NCBI RefSeq assembly: GCF_025466085.1
Contig: NZ_JANLOD010000032.1
Coordinates: forward strand, 166,482-196,481
DNA length: 30,000 nucleotides
Origin: Pseudomonas sp. 14P_8.1_Bac3
Lineage (GTDB): Bacteria; Pseudomonadota; Gammaproteobacteria; Pseudomonadales; Pseudomonadaceae
Direction of reading: 5' to 3'
Shown: piece after piece, positions 17,030 to 24,983 of the stretch
Numbering within the stretch: the first letter of the stretch is position 1
Layout: every line of letters starts with the position of its first letter
Made by a program: the position numbers and the translations under genes
The notes under the pieces: generated by a model
What the model was told of the DNA's origin: nothing
Database searches by the model: none
Seen by the model: only the letters and a program-made list of their open reading frames with translations

Positions 17030-17800
17030 TTAGAACTTTGGAATCAACAGGCCGCCGTCTACTGGCACTGCCTGGCCGACGGTGTAGGGCAAGCCACCAG
17101 TCGCCATGGTGATCACGACACGCGCGACATCTTCGGGCAGTCCCCAGCGTTTAATGGCGGTCAGACCATGTTCAATTTCCGCGTCGTAGCGGGCCTTGGA
17201 CGGTGCCGTCATTTCGGTGGCGATCAGCCCCGGTTGCACCTCGTAGACCCCAATGCCTTCATCGGCCAGACGCACTGCGAACAAGCGCGAGGCCATGGAC
17301 AAGCCGGCCTTGGAAATGCCGTATTCGCCGCGCAAGGTCGACACCGCATGCACGTTGGAGGAGGTGATGGTGATGATGCAGCGATGGCGTTCGCTCGGCG
17401 TTTGCGATTTAAGACGGCGGGCAAACGCCTGGGTCAGAAAGAACGTACCGCGGGTGTTGATCTGATGGCATCGATCAAAGCTCTGCGGGGTGACGTCAAG
17501 CAAGTCGCCCCGTGACAGAACCGAAACTCCGGCATTATTGACCAGGCATGTCAGCGGACCGAGTGCTGCCTGGGCAGCATCAAGCAGCGTTTCATTTCGC
17601 TCGATGGCCGCGATGTCACCCGCCAGTGCAACCGCGTGTGCGCCTGCATCTGTGGCGAGCCGTACGGTTTCCTGAAGCGCCTCATCGACCTGCAAATCCA
17701 CCACGGCCAGATCGAAACCGGCTTGCGCCAGGCCCACCGCAATGGCGCGGCCGATACCTCCGCGTGCGCCGGTAACCAGCGCGGTTGGACGCGCAATCAT
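17030..17800 (-). CDS. Short-chain dehydrogenase/reductase (SDR)
   Basis: TGARGGIGRAIA cofactor motif, NNAG, and the catalytic YGISKAG (YxxxK). The start overlaps the ACAD stop as ATGA. Confidence 0.92.
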   Translation of the reverse strand: MIARPTALVTGARGGIGRAIAVGLAQAGFDLAVVDLQVDEALQETVRLATDAGAHAVALAGDIAAIERNETLLDAAQAALGPLTCLVNNAGVSVLSRGDLLDVTPQSFDRCHQINTRGTFFLTQAFARRLKSQTPSERHRCIITITSSNVHAVSTLRGEYGISKAGLSMASRLFAVRLADEGIGVYEVQPGLIATEMTAPSKARYDAEIEHGLTAIKRWGLPEDVARVVITMATGGLPYTVGQAVPVDGGLLIPKF

Positions 17801-18942
17801 GAGCGTGCCCCGTGGTTAAGCAGCTCACGGGCAATGATCGTGCGCTGGATCTGGTTGGTGCCTTCGTAGATCTGGGTGATCTTCGCGTCGCGGTACAGAC
17901 GCTCGACTTCGAAACCACGGATGAATCCGCTGCCGCCGAACAACTGCACGGCATTGGCGGTGTGCGCTACGGCAATGTCTGCGGCGAAACACTTGGCCAT
18001 CGAGCAGGCAATGGTGGCGTTGTCAGCGCGGTCCAGGCGATCCGCGGCATCGAGCACCAACAAGCGCGCGGCACGAATGTCTTTGGCCATGTCCGCCAGA
18101 ATCCACTGCAACCCCTGGTTGTCAGCGATGGGTTTGCCAAACTGTTTGCGTTGCGGCACGTACTCGAGCGCCGCCTCAAGACCTGCCTGGGCAATGCCCA
18201 CCGCCAGCGACGCGATGCCGATCCGGCCTTTGTCCAGGGCGCTCATCATGATGTGAAAACCACGGCCTTCCTGGCCGAGCAGGGCATCGGGAGCGAGTTC
18301 TACGTTGTCGAAATTCAATCCGCCGACCTGCGATGCGCGCTGTCCCATCTTGTGTTCTTTGGGTCCTTTGGACACGCCGGGCAAATGGCAATCGACGATG
18401 AAAATACTCATCCCGCGTTTGCCTGCCGCCGGGTCAGTGCGCGCCAGCACAAACGCGAGGTCAGCCACCGGTGCGTTATGAATCCACAGTTTCGAACCGT
18501 TGAGCAGCCAGCCATTCTCGGTACGAACAGCAGTGGTGCGAATCCCCGACACATCTGAGCCGGCCTCGGCTTCGGTGATGCAGTACGCCGGGTGCTTTTG
18601 TGCGCTCAGCAAAGAGGGCAGAAAACGCTCACGCTGCTCGGCGCTGCCGTGCACCGATAACAAGGTGCCGATGAGCTCCAGCAGACCGCATTGGTCCGCT
18701 ATCGAGGCATAGCCTCGCGACAACTCTTCCATCACCAACGCATAGGCGCTGGTATCCAGGCCGGCACCACCAAACGCTTCAGGCACGGTGATGCCGAACA
18801 GGCCCAGTTCACCCATTTGACGGTACAGCGCGGCGGGGAAGCTTTCGTCGTGATCGAGCTGTTCAGCCAGCGGGCGGATTGCCTGGTCGGCAAAACGACG
18901 GGCCAGATCACGGATCTGCACGTGGGTTTCAGAAAGCTGCAT
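17797..18942 (-). CDS. Acyl-CoA dehydrogenase
   Basis: 381 aa from ATG 18942, with an AAAGGA RBS. It shows the ACAD N, middle and C domain pattern, and the C-terminal IYEGTNQIQRTIIAREL contains the catalytic Glu position of MCAD/SCAD-type enzymes. Confidence 0.93.
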   Translation of the reverse strand: MQLSETHVQIRDLARRFADQAIRPLAEQLDHDESFPAALYRQMGELGLFGITVPEAFGGAGLDTSAYALVMEELSRGYASIADQCGLLELIGTLLSVHGSAEQRERFLPSLLSAQKHPAYCITEAEAGSDVSGIRTTAVRTENGWLLNGSKLWIHNAPVADLAFVLARTDPAAGKRGMSIFIVDCHLPGVSKGPKEHKMGQRASQVGGLNFDNVELAPDALLGQEGRGFHIMMSALDKGRIGIASLAVGIAQAGLEAALEYVPQRKQFGKPIADNQGLQWILADMAKDIRAARLLVLDAADRLDRADNATIACSMAKCFAADIAVAHTANAVQLFGGSGFIRGFEVERLYRDAKITQIYEGTNQIQRTIIARELLNHGARS

Positions 18943-19030
18943 TGTTTTTTTCCTTTCTGTTGCGCGACGGGAAAAGGCCTTCATCGCTTGGGTTGTGTTC
19001 TGTTTTTAGCTGGATTAAAGTGAATCTATG

Positions 19031-19048
19031 TAACCAACCGGTTATTTA
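19031..19048. promoter_or_regulatory. Operator-like imperfect palindrome, copy 1 (TAACCAACCGGTTATTTA), in the divergent ACAD-operon / CoA-transferase intergenic region
   Basis: It is nearly centred in the 192-bp divergent region, 89 nt from ATG 18942 and 87 nt from ATG 19135. In a 20-nt core it shares 18/20 positions with each of the copies at 21488-21505 and 24914-24931. Confidence 0.6.
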
Positions 19049-19134
19049 TTTAATGCGTCCTTTCTGAAAGCGTCAAGCGCTCTCTGAAAAATCTCGGATT
19101 CGATTGCGGCAAACGTATTGATGAGGAAACAACA

Positions 19135-20646
19135 ATGAAAAGAAGCTGTTCATCAGCGTCAGAAGTGGTTAGCAGGATGGGTGACGGGGCCACGATCGCG
19201 GTCTGCGGTTCAGGGACTCTGCTGGAACCTGACGCGCTGCTTGCGGCGATCGAAGCATCGTTTTTGCGTACAGGTCATCCCTGCGGGCTTACCGTGGTTC
19301 ACGCGCTGGGAATTGGTGATGGGCAAGGCAGTGGTCTGGAGCGGCTCGCACACGAAGGCTTGGTGAAAAGGGTCATTGGCGGGCATTGGAGCTGGTCGGC
19401 CAAGATGCAAGCGCTGGCGCGTAACAATGCGATAGAGGCGTACAGCTTGCCTGCCGGGGTGATCATGAGCCTGATGCGGGAGATCGGTGCGGCGCGTCCG
19501 GGCCTGATTACGCATATCGGTCTGGGCACCTTCGCCGATCCACGGGTTGCGGGTGGCAAATGCAACGCTCGGGCGACCGAATCGATCGTTGAGCGTCTGG
19601 ACATCGATGGCAAAACATACTTGCGTTACAAACCATTCAAGGTCGATGTGGCCATTGTCCGGGGCAGCCTGGCTGATCCGAGCGGGAACATTTCCCTGTG
19701 CCACGAAGCGGCGGATCTGGATGCCTATGCGCTGGCGCTGGCGGCCCATAACAGTGGTGGCAAGGTGTACGCCCAGGTTCGTGAGCTGAGCGACAGTGCT
19801 TTTGTTCCGGCGCGGCTGGTACGGATTCCCGGCGTGCTGGTCGATGAAGTGGTCGTTGTGCCCGAGCAACGTCAATGTGTAGCGGCTGATTATGACCCGG
19901 CCATCAGCGGCGAATGCCTGGCGCAATCGGCAGAGGTCGAAACGTCCATTCCAGACGACATCCGTCGAATCATTGCGCAGCGCGCAGCTGACGAATTCAT
20001 GCCCGGCATGTCCTTGAATTTCGGGTTCGGCATTCCTGGCGGCATTCCTTCATTGCTCGCCGAGCGCGGTTTGCAAGACAGTTATTGGGGCAGTATCGAA
20101 CAGGGCATTCATAACGGCCGGATGATGGGCGGTGCGATGTTTGGCGCTGCGCGTTATCCGCAAGCGATTGTCACCTCCCTTGATCAGTTTGATTTTTACA
20201 GCGGTGGCGGGGTGGACCTGGCTTTTCTCGGCATGGGCGAAATGGACAGCCAGGGCAACGTCAACGTATCCAGCCTCGGTGGCACGCTGGTCGGTCCCGG
20301 TGGTTTTATCGACATTACCCAGGGCGCTCGCAAAGTGGTGTTTTGCGGAGCCTTTGAGGCCAAGGGATTGGAGGTGGCGAAGGTCGGTGGCGAGTTGCAG
20401 CTCAATCGGCTCGGCGAGGTTCCCAAGCTGGTTGAAAAAGTCCGTCATATCACCTTCAGCGGGCCGCAAGCCGTACTGGCCGGACAGGAAGTGCTCTATG
20501 TCACGGAGCGCGCAGTGTTCAGGCTTATACCCGAAGGCATTGAGTTGATCGAGGTTGCACAAGGCGTCGATATCCAGCGTGACGTGCTTGATCGCATGGC
20601 GTTCACGCCCATCGTTCGCGATGTGAAAGTGGCAGGGCTGGTGTGA
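19135..20646 (+). CDS. Family I CoA-transferase, fused alpha/beta type (YdiF-like acyl-CoA:acetate/3-ketoacid CoA-transferase)
   Basis: 503 aa with a GAGGAA RBS. The N-terminal GDGATIAVCGSG... and the overall pattern resemble the fused YdiF-type enzymes. A candidate catalytic Glu lies in GSIEQGIHNG. Confidence 0.88.
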   Translation: MKRSCSSASEVVSRMGDGATIAVCGSGTLLEPDALLAAIEASFLRTGHPCGLTVVHALGIGDGQGSGLERLAHEGLVKRVIGGHWSWSAKMQALARNNAIEAYSLPAGVIMSLMREIGAARPGLITHIGLGTFADPRVAGGKCNARATESIVERLDIDGKTYLRYKPFKVDVAIVRGSLADPSGNISLCHEAADLDAYALALAAHNSGGKVYAQVRELSDSAFVPARLVRIPGVLVDEVVVVPEQRQCVAADYDPAISGECLAQSAEVETSIPDDIRRIIAQRAADEFMPGMSLNFGFGIPGGIPSLLAERGLQDSYWGSIEQGIHNGRMMGGAMFGAARYPQAIVTSLDQFDFYSGGGVDLAFLGMGEMDSQGNVNVSSLGGTLVGPGGFIDITQGARKVVFCGAFEAKGLEVAKVGGELQLNRLGEVPKLVEKVRHITFSGPQAVLAGQEVLYVTERAVFRLIPEGIELIEVAQGVDIQRDVLDRMAFTPIVRDVKVAGLV

Positions 20647-20651
20647 TGCTT

Positions 20652-20685
20652 GCCCCTTTTGGCTTGCGTGCGTGCGAAAAGGGGC
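20652..20685. terminator. Hairpin between the convergent CoA-transferase and tetR genes; a possible bidirectional terminator
   Basis: GCCCCTTTT (20652-20660) and AAAAGGGGC (20677-20685) form a 9-bp perfect stem with a 16-nt loop. Confidence 0.5.
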
Positions 20686-20702
20686 GATTGGAGCTGGCTG
20701 TC

Positions 20703-21359
20703 TCAGTCGGGGCGCAGCATGCCGAGGATCGTCTGAATGTTGAAGTCGATACGGGCTTGCAGCGCTTCCGGGGACATCAGGTCGAAGCCGTAGATGATCT
20801 CGCCGGTAAAGCGGTTGTTGAGGTAGTAGTAATTGATCGCGGCAATCGTGATGTTCAGCTGGATTGGATCAATACCTTCGCGGAATACGCCCTGTGCAAC
20901 GCCTCGGGCAAGGATCTCGGCCACCATCGAAACCATCGGTGCATGCATGTCATGCATCTTTTCGCGAGAGCGTTTCAAGTGCGCGGCTTTGTGCAGGTTC
21001 TCGCTGTTGACCAGGGTCAGGAAGTGAGGGTTTTTCAGGTAGTACTTCCAAGTGAAGCTCACCAGTTTGCTGATTGCTTCGACCGGTTCCAGTTCTTCCA
21101 GTTTGAGCTTGCGTTCGGCTTGGCGAATGTCTTGATAGGCCAATTCAAGCACGGCTTCGAACAAGCCTTCTTTATTGCCGTAGTACTCATAAATCATTCG
21201 TTTATTGGATTTTGCTCTCAGCGCGATGCTGTCAATGCGGGCACCGCCAAGCCCCAACTTGGCAAATTCGATTTTTGCCGCATTGAGAATCCTCAGTCGT
21301 GTGGCATCGGAATCGCGAATAGGACGCGCCGACGTGTCGTCGGTAGGTTTCGTGGGCAT
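20703..21359 (-). CDS. TetR/AcrR-family transcriptional regulator
   Basis: 218 aa with the N-terminal HTH RILNAAKIEFAKLGLGGARIDSIALRAKSNKRMIYEYYGNKEGLFEAVL. Confidence 0.92.
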   Translation of the reverse strand: MPTKPTDDTSARPIRDSDATRLRILNAAKIEFAKLGLGGARIDSIALRAKSNKRMIYEYYGNKEGLFEAVLELAYQDIRQAERKLKLEELEPVEAISKLVSFTWKYYLKNPHFLTLVNSENLHKAAHLKRSREKMHDMHAPMVSMVAEILARGVAQGVFREGIDPIQLNITIAAINYYYLNNRFTGEIIYGFDLMSPEALQARIDFNIQTILGMLRPD

Positions 21360-21480
21360 TTAAAACGCTCTCCAGAGCATAGGTGCTGTTACTCATAACG
21401 CTGATATGGCTTGCCACCGCGGCCGGGCGATGAGCTTAGCCGTAGGGTATGCAACTGACAAATAAAGCTTAGCCTGAGGC

Positions 21481-21509
21481 TTGCATGTAAACAACCGGTT
21501 AGTTATATA
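21481..21509 (+). promoter_or_regulatory. Sigma70-type promoter for the ALDH-GMC operon, with the operator filling the spacer
   Basis: TTGCAT (21481-21486), a 17-nt spacer, then TATATA (21504-21509). It lies 79 nt upstream of GTG 21588. Confidence 0.6.
21488..21505. promoter_or_regulatory. Operator-like imperfect palindrome, copy 2 (TAAACAACCGGTTAGTTA)
   Basis: It lies in the tetR / ALDH divergent region and overlaps the -35/-10 spacer. The flanking 26-mer ATGTAAACAACCGGTTAGTTATATAT matches copy 1 (19028-19053) at 22/26 positions. Confidence 0.6.
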
Positions 21510-21587
21510 TCTTTGGCGGTGGGTTCATTTTCCCGGTTTTTTGAATCTTCAACTGCCTGAATCGAACGCTGTACAGAGGACGTTTTT

Positions 21588-23099
21588 GTGAATGACAACA
21601 ATGGCAACACCCGGATCCATCAACTGCCAGTTCAGCCGCGCCACTTTGACATGTTCATCGACGGGCAATGGACCCAGGGCTCGGCAATCAAGCAGGTAAC
21701 GCGACTGAGTCCGGCGCACAATGTTCCGGTGAGTCAGTATCCATCGGGGGGCGTGGCCGATGTCGATCGGGCGGTAGGAGCAGCTCGTCGGGCGTTCGAT
21801 CACGGGCGTTGGGCCAAATCCGGGGCAGACTTTCGCGCCACGATACTGCTGAAAACAGCGGCATTGATTCGCGAGAACAGCGAAGAGCTGGCGCTTTGCG
21901 AGACGCTCGAAACGGGTAAGCCGATCAATCAGTCGAGGGGTGAAGTGCTCGGTGCTGCGGGCATCTGGGAATATGCCGCAGGACAGGCCAGGGCGCTGCA
22001 CGGTGACTCGTTCAACAATCTTGGCGAGAACCTGCTTGGGCTGGTGACGCGTGAGCCGGTGGGTGTGGTGGGTTTGATCACACCGTGGAATTTTCCATTC
22101 TTCATCCTCGCAGAGCGGTTGCCCTTCATTCTCGCCTCCGGTTGCACTGTGGTGGTCAAACCCAGCGAACTGACTTCCGGTACCACGTTGATGTTGGCCG
22201 GACTGTTGAAGCAGGCCGGTTTGCCCGATGGTGTCGTGAATGTGCTGACCGGGCCGGGCTCGGTGGTTGGTCAAGCCATTTCCGGGCATGCGGATATCGA
22301 TATGGTGTCGTTCACCGGCTCTACCGAAGTCGGTCGCCTGACCATGAACGCGGCGGCTGGCAATATGAAGAAAATTGGCCTGGAACTGGGAGGCAAGAAT
22401 CCGCAGATCGTCTTCGCCGACGCTGACCTGGACGCTGCGGCCGATGCCATTGTCTTTGGCATTTGCTTCAACGCCGGTCAATGTTGTGTCAGTGGCAGCC
22501 GTCTGGTGGTCCATCGCTCCGTAGAAAAACAGTTGACCGAAAAAGTACTCGCGCTGATTGGAAAAGTCCGTATCGGTGACCCGCTTTTGGAGTCGACGCA
22601 GGTCGGTTCCATTACCGAGCAGCGTCATCTGGAAAGAGTCCTGGGTTACATCGAACAAGGTCGCAAGGAAGGGGCTGTGCTGGTTCATGGCGGAGCCAGA
22701 ATCGATTCCGTGCAAGGGCTTTATTTGCAGCCGGCAGTTTTCAATCAGGTGACTGCAGACATGGTGATTGCCCGTGAAGAGATCTTTGGCCCAGTTTTGA
22801 CCATCACCGCGTTTGACGATTTCGAAGAAGCCATGCGGCTGGCCAACGACACGCCGTTCGGCCTGGCTGCGAGCATCTGGAGTCGCGATCTGGAAACCTC
22901 ATTGCAGGCGATGCGGGAAATCAAGGCGGGTCGCGTGTGGGTCAATACCACCATTGCCGGCGGCCCGGAGCTGCCTTCTGGCGGCTTCAAACAGTCGGGT
23001 ATCGGGCGGGAAACCGGCCGTTACGGGGTGGAGGAATACACTGAGCTTAAATCCGTGCATGTCCAGTTGGGCGAGCGCTCCCGCTGGGTTCAGGCCTGA
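21588..23099 (+). CDS. NAD(P)-dependent aldehyde dehydrogenase
   Basis: AGAGGA lies 7 nt before GTG 21588. It has VTPWNFP-type (ITPWNFPFF), ELGGKNP and FNAGQCCVSGSR (catalytic Cys) motifs. Confidence 0.93.
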   Translation: MNDNNGNTRIHQLPVQPRHFDMFIDGQWTQGSAIKQVTRLSPAHNVPVSQYPSGGVADVDRAVGAARRAFDHGRWAKSGADFRATILLKTAALIRENSEELALCETLETGKPINQSRGEVLGAAGIWEYAAGQARALHGDSFNNLGENLLGLVTREPVGVVGLITPWNFPFFILAERLPFILASGCTVVVKPSELTSGTTLMLAGLLKQAGLPDGVVNVLTGPGSVVGQAISGHADIDMVSFTGSTEVGRLTMNAAAGNMKKIGLELGGKNPQIVFADADLDAAADAIVFGICFNAGQCCVSGSRLVVHRSVEKQLTEKVLALIGKVRIGDPLLESTQVGSITEQRHLERVLGYIEQGRKEGAVLVHGGARIDSVQGLYLQPAVFNQVTADMVIAREEIFGPVLTITAFDDFEEAMRLANDTPFGLAASIWSRDLETSLQAMREIKAGRVWVNTTIAGGPELPSGGFKQSGIGRETGRYGVEEYTELKSVHVQLGERSRWVQA

Positions 23100-23136
23100 T
23101 CCGCGGCCGTACAAAAACAAGAGAGGAAACATCACC

Positions 23137-24789
23137 ATGTACGATTTCGTCATTATCGGCGGTGGTTCGGCAGGTTGCGTGCTGGCGGCGCGATTGAGCG
23201 AGTCGATCGACGTTCGAGTACTTTTGCTCGAAGCGGGGCCCGCTGACACCAACCCTTACATTCATATGCCGGTCGGCTTTTTCAAGATGACGGGTGGGCC
23301 TCTGACCTGGGGCTATAAAGCCGTGGCGCAGGGTGACATCCAGGATCGCTCGATTCTCTTTCCCCAAGGCCGGGTTCTGGGCGGGGGTGGCTCGATCAAC
23401 GCAATGGTCTATACCCGTGGCAATGCCAAAGACTATGACGATTGGGAGCAGGAGGAGGGCTGCCGTGGCTGGTCTTATCGCGATGTGCTGCCTTATTTTC
23501 GCAAGGCCGAGGACAACGAGCGGTTCTCCAATGAGTATCATGGCACCGAAGGCCCCTTGGGTGTCTCCGATCTGATCACGGTCAACGAGCTGACGAAGGC
23601 ATTCGTGCGGTCTGCCCAGGAGGCGGGTATTCCGTACAACCCGGACTTCAATGGTGCCAGGCAAGAAGGCTGTGGCACCTATCAAGTCACGCAACGCGGC
23701 GGACGCCGTTGCAGCGCGGCCCAAGGTTATTTGAGCAAGGTTCGCAATCGACCCAATCTGACCATTCAGACGGAATGCCTGGTGACGCGGATTCGTATCG
23801 AGGACGGCCAGGCCACGGGGGTGGAGTATGTTCAGGGTAGCGGTTCGCGAGAGGTGAAATTCGTCGCGGCCGAGCGCGAGGTCGTGGTGGCGGCGGGGGC
23901 TATTGGCTCCCCCAAGATTCTAATGCTCTCTGGTGTCGGTCCGGCCGAAGAACTGGCCGGTCTGGGGATCGCGGTCAAGCAGGACTTGCCTGGTGTAGGG
24001 CAGAACCTGCAAGACCATTTTGACATCGATATCGTCTATGAGCTCAAGGGTTCGCAGAGCCTGGACAAGTACGCCAAGCCGCACATGATGTTAATGGCAG
24101 GTCTGGAATATAAGCTCTTCAACAAAGGCCCCGTGACTTCGAACATCGCTGAGGCTGGCGCTTTCTGGTACGGCGACTCACGCTCCAGCACGCCTGATCT
24201 GCAGTTTCATTTTTTGCCGGGGGCAGGTGTCGAGGCGGGTATTCCTCCCGTTCCTTCGGGGGCTGGTTGCACGCTCAACTCGTACTTCCTGCGCCCTCGC
24301 AGTCGTGGCAGCGTGAGGTTGCGTAGCGCTGACCCCTTGCAACCGCCGTCAATTGATCCCAACTACGTCAGCGACCCGTATGACCTGCATGTCTCAGTAG
24401 AAGGTATCAAGTTGAGCCGGGAAATCATGGCCCAGCATTCCTTGAGTCGTTACCTCAAATCCGAGCATTTTCCTGGTACCAGTGTGCGCACCCAGGCGGA
24501 TTACGAAGATTACGCACGACGTTGCGGTCGAACCGGCTATCACCCGGTCGGGACATGCAAAATGGGGGTAGACGAATTCGCTGTGGTCGACCCGCAGCTG
24601 CGTGTGCGCGGCGTGCAGCGGCTACGCGTCATCGACTCTTCAGTGATGCCTCGGCTGATCAGCGCCAACACCAATGCGCCTTCGATCATGATTGCCGAGA
24701 AGGGGGCCGACCTTCTGCTGGGGCGCACCCTGACGCCTTCTGAAGTGCAGACCAAAAGCGGTCTCCAATCCCAGGATCAAACCGTATAA
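23137..24789 (+). CDS. GMC-family FAD oxidoreductase (choline/alcohol dehydrogenase-like)
   Basis: A GAGAGGA RBS precedes ATG 23137. The protein starts MYDFVIIGGGSAGCVLAARLSE (GxGxxG) and has GGGGSINAMVYTRG (GMC signature) and the C-terminal HPVGTCKMG active-site His region. The track's start at 22813 is an out-of-gene extension overlapping the ALDH. Confidence 0.93.
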   Translation: MYDFVIIGGGSAGCVLAARLSESIDVRVLLLEAGPADTNPYIHMPVGFFKMTGGPLTWGYKAVAQGDIQDRSILFPQGRVLGGGGSINAMVYTRGNAKDYDDWEQEEGCRGWSYRDVLPYFRKAEDNERFSNEYHGTEGPLGVSDLITVNELTKAFVRSAQEAGIPYNPDFNGARQEGCGTYQVTQRGGRRCSAAQGYLSKVRNRPNLTIQTECLVTRIRIEDGQATGVEYVQGSGSREVKFVAAEREVVVAAGAIGSPKILMLSGVGPAEELAGLGIAVKQDLPGVGQNLQDHFDIDIVYELKGSQSLDKYAKPHMMLMAGLEYKLFNKGPVTSNIAEAGAFWYGDSRSSTPDLQFHFLPGAGVEAGIPPVPSGAGCTLNSYFLRPRSRGSVRLRSADPLQPPSIDPNYVSDPYDLHVSVEGIKLSREIMAQHSLSRYLKSEHFPGTSVRTQADYEDYARRCGRTGYHPVGTCKMGVDEFAVVDPQLRVRGVQRLRVIDSSVMPRLISANTNAPSIMIAEKGADLLLGRTLTPSEVQTKSGLQSQDQTV

Positions 24790-24800
24790 CGCTTGGGTTT

Positions 24801-24831
24801 CTGCGCATCGATAGCTGTCCTTGATGCGCAG
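24801..24831 (+). terminator. Hairpin after the GMC stop; terminator-like but with no U-tract
   Basis: CTGCGCATC (24801-24809) and GATGCGCAG (24823-24831) form a 9-bp perfect stem with a 13-nt loop. Confidence 0.4.
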
Positions 24832-24913
24832 GAGCTTCATCGCTATCGACCATTCGAGAATTTTTTAACCTCCTCCAATCGCTAACGATTGCATCCTCGC
24901 TGCATTAGATTTA

Positions 24914-24931
24914 TAAATAACTAGTTGGTTA
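24914..24931. promoter_or_regulatory. Operator-like palindrome, copy 3 (TAAATAACTAGTTGGTTA, inverted orientation), upstream of the ABC transporter operon
   Basis: The reverse complement TAGTAACCAACTAGTTATTTATAAAT matches copy 1 at 18/20 core positions. The central CCGG is replaced by the equally palindromic CTAG. It is embedded in an AT-rich, promoter-like stretch 53 nt upstream of ATG 24984. Confidence 0.55.
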
Positions 24932-24983
24932 CTAAAAATACAATAAAGCGCTTATCACCCGGTGAGGCGCGTCCGGAGGTCAC

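Noticed and set aside
13013-19926. Other long alternative-frame ORFs inside the IclR, MFS, TIM-barrel, DUF993, SDR, ACAD and CoA-transferase genes (for example 13013-13771, 14246-14857, 14895-15575, 16817-17515, 17812-18558, 19210-19926)
   Set aside because: Each lies wholly within or antisense to a CDS with strong family motifs, and none has independent support.
20643-21398. 251-aa plus-strand ORF opposite the TetR gene
   Set aside because: It is the antisense shadow of a clear TetR-family CDS, and its product has no motif or RBS support.
21549-22715. 388-aa minus-strand ORF covering most of the aldehyde dehydrogenase gene
   Set aside because: It is antisense to a CDS with unmistakable ALDH motifs. 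Its translation is low-complexity (rich in R, G, H, Q and T) with no recognisable motif. This is a typical shadow ORF in GC-rich DNA.
22813-23136. N-terminal extension of the GMC ORF (track start 22813), and similar extensions of the MFS (to 15049), GlcG (to 12772), ACAD (to 18984) and zinc-ribbon (to 8483) ORFs
   Set aside because: The extensions overlap upstream genes or lack RBSs. Internal starts are preceded by good Shine-Dalgarno sequences and coincide with the canonical family N-termini.
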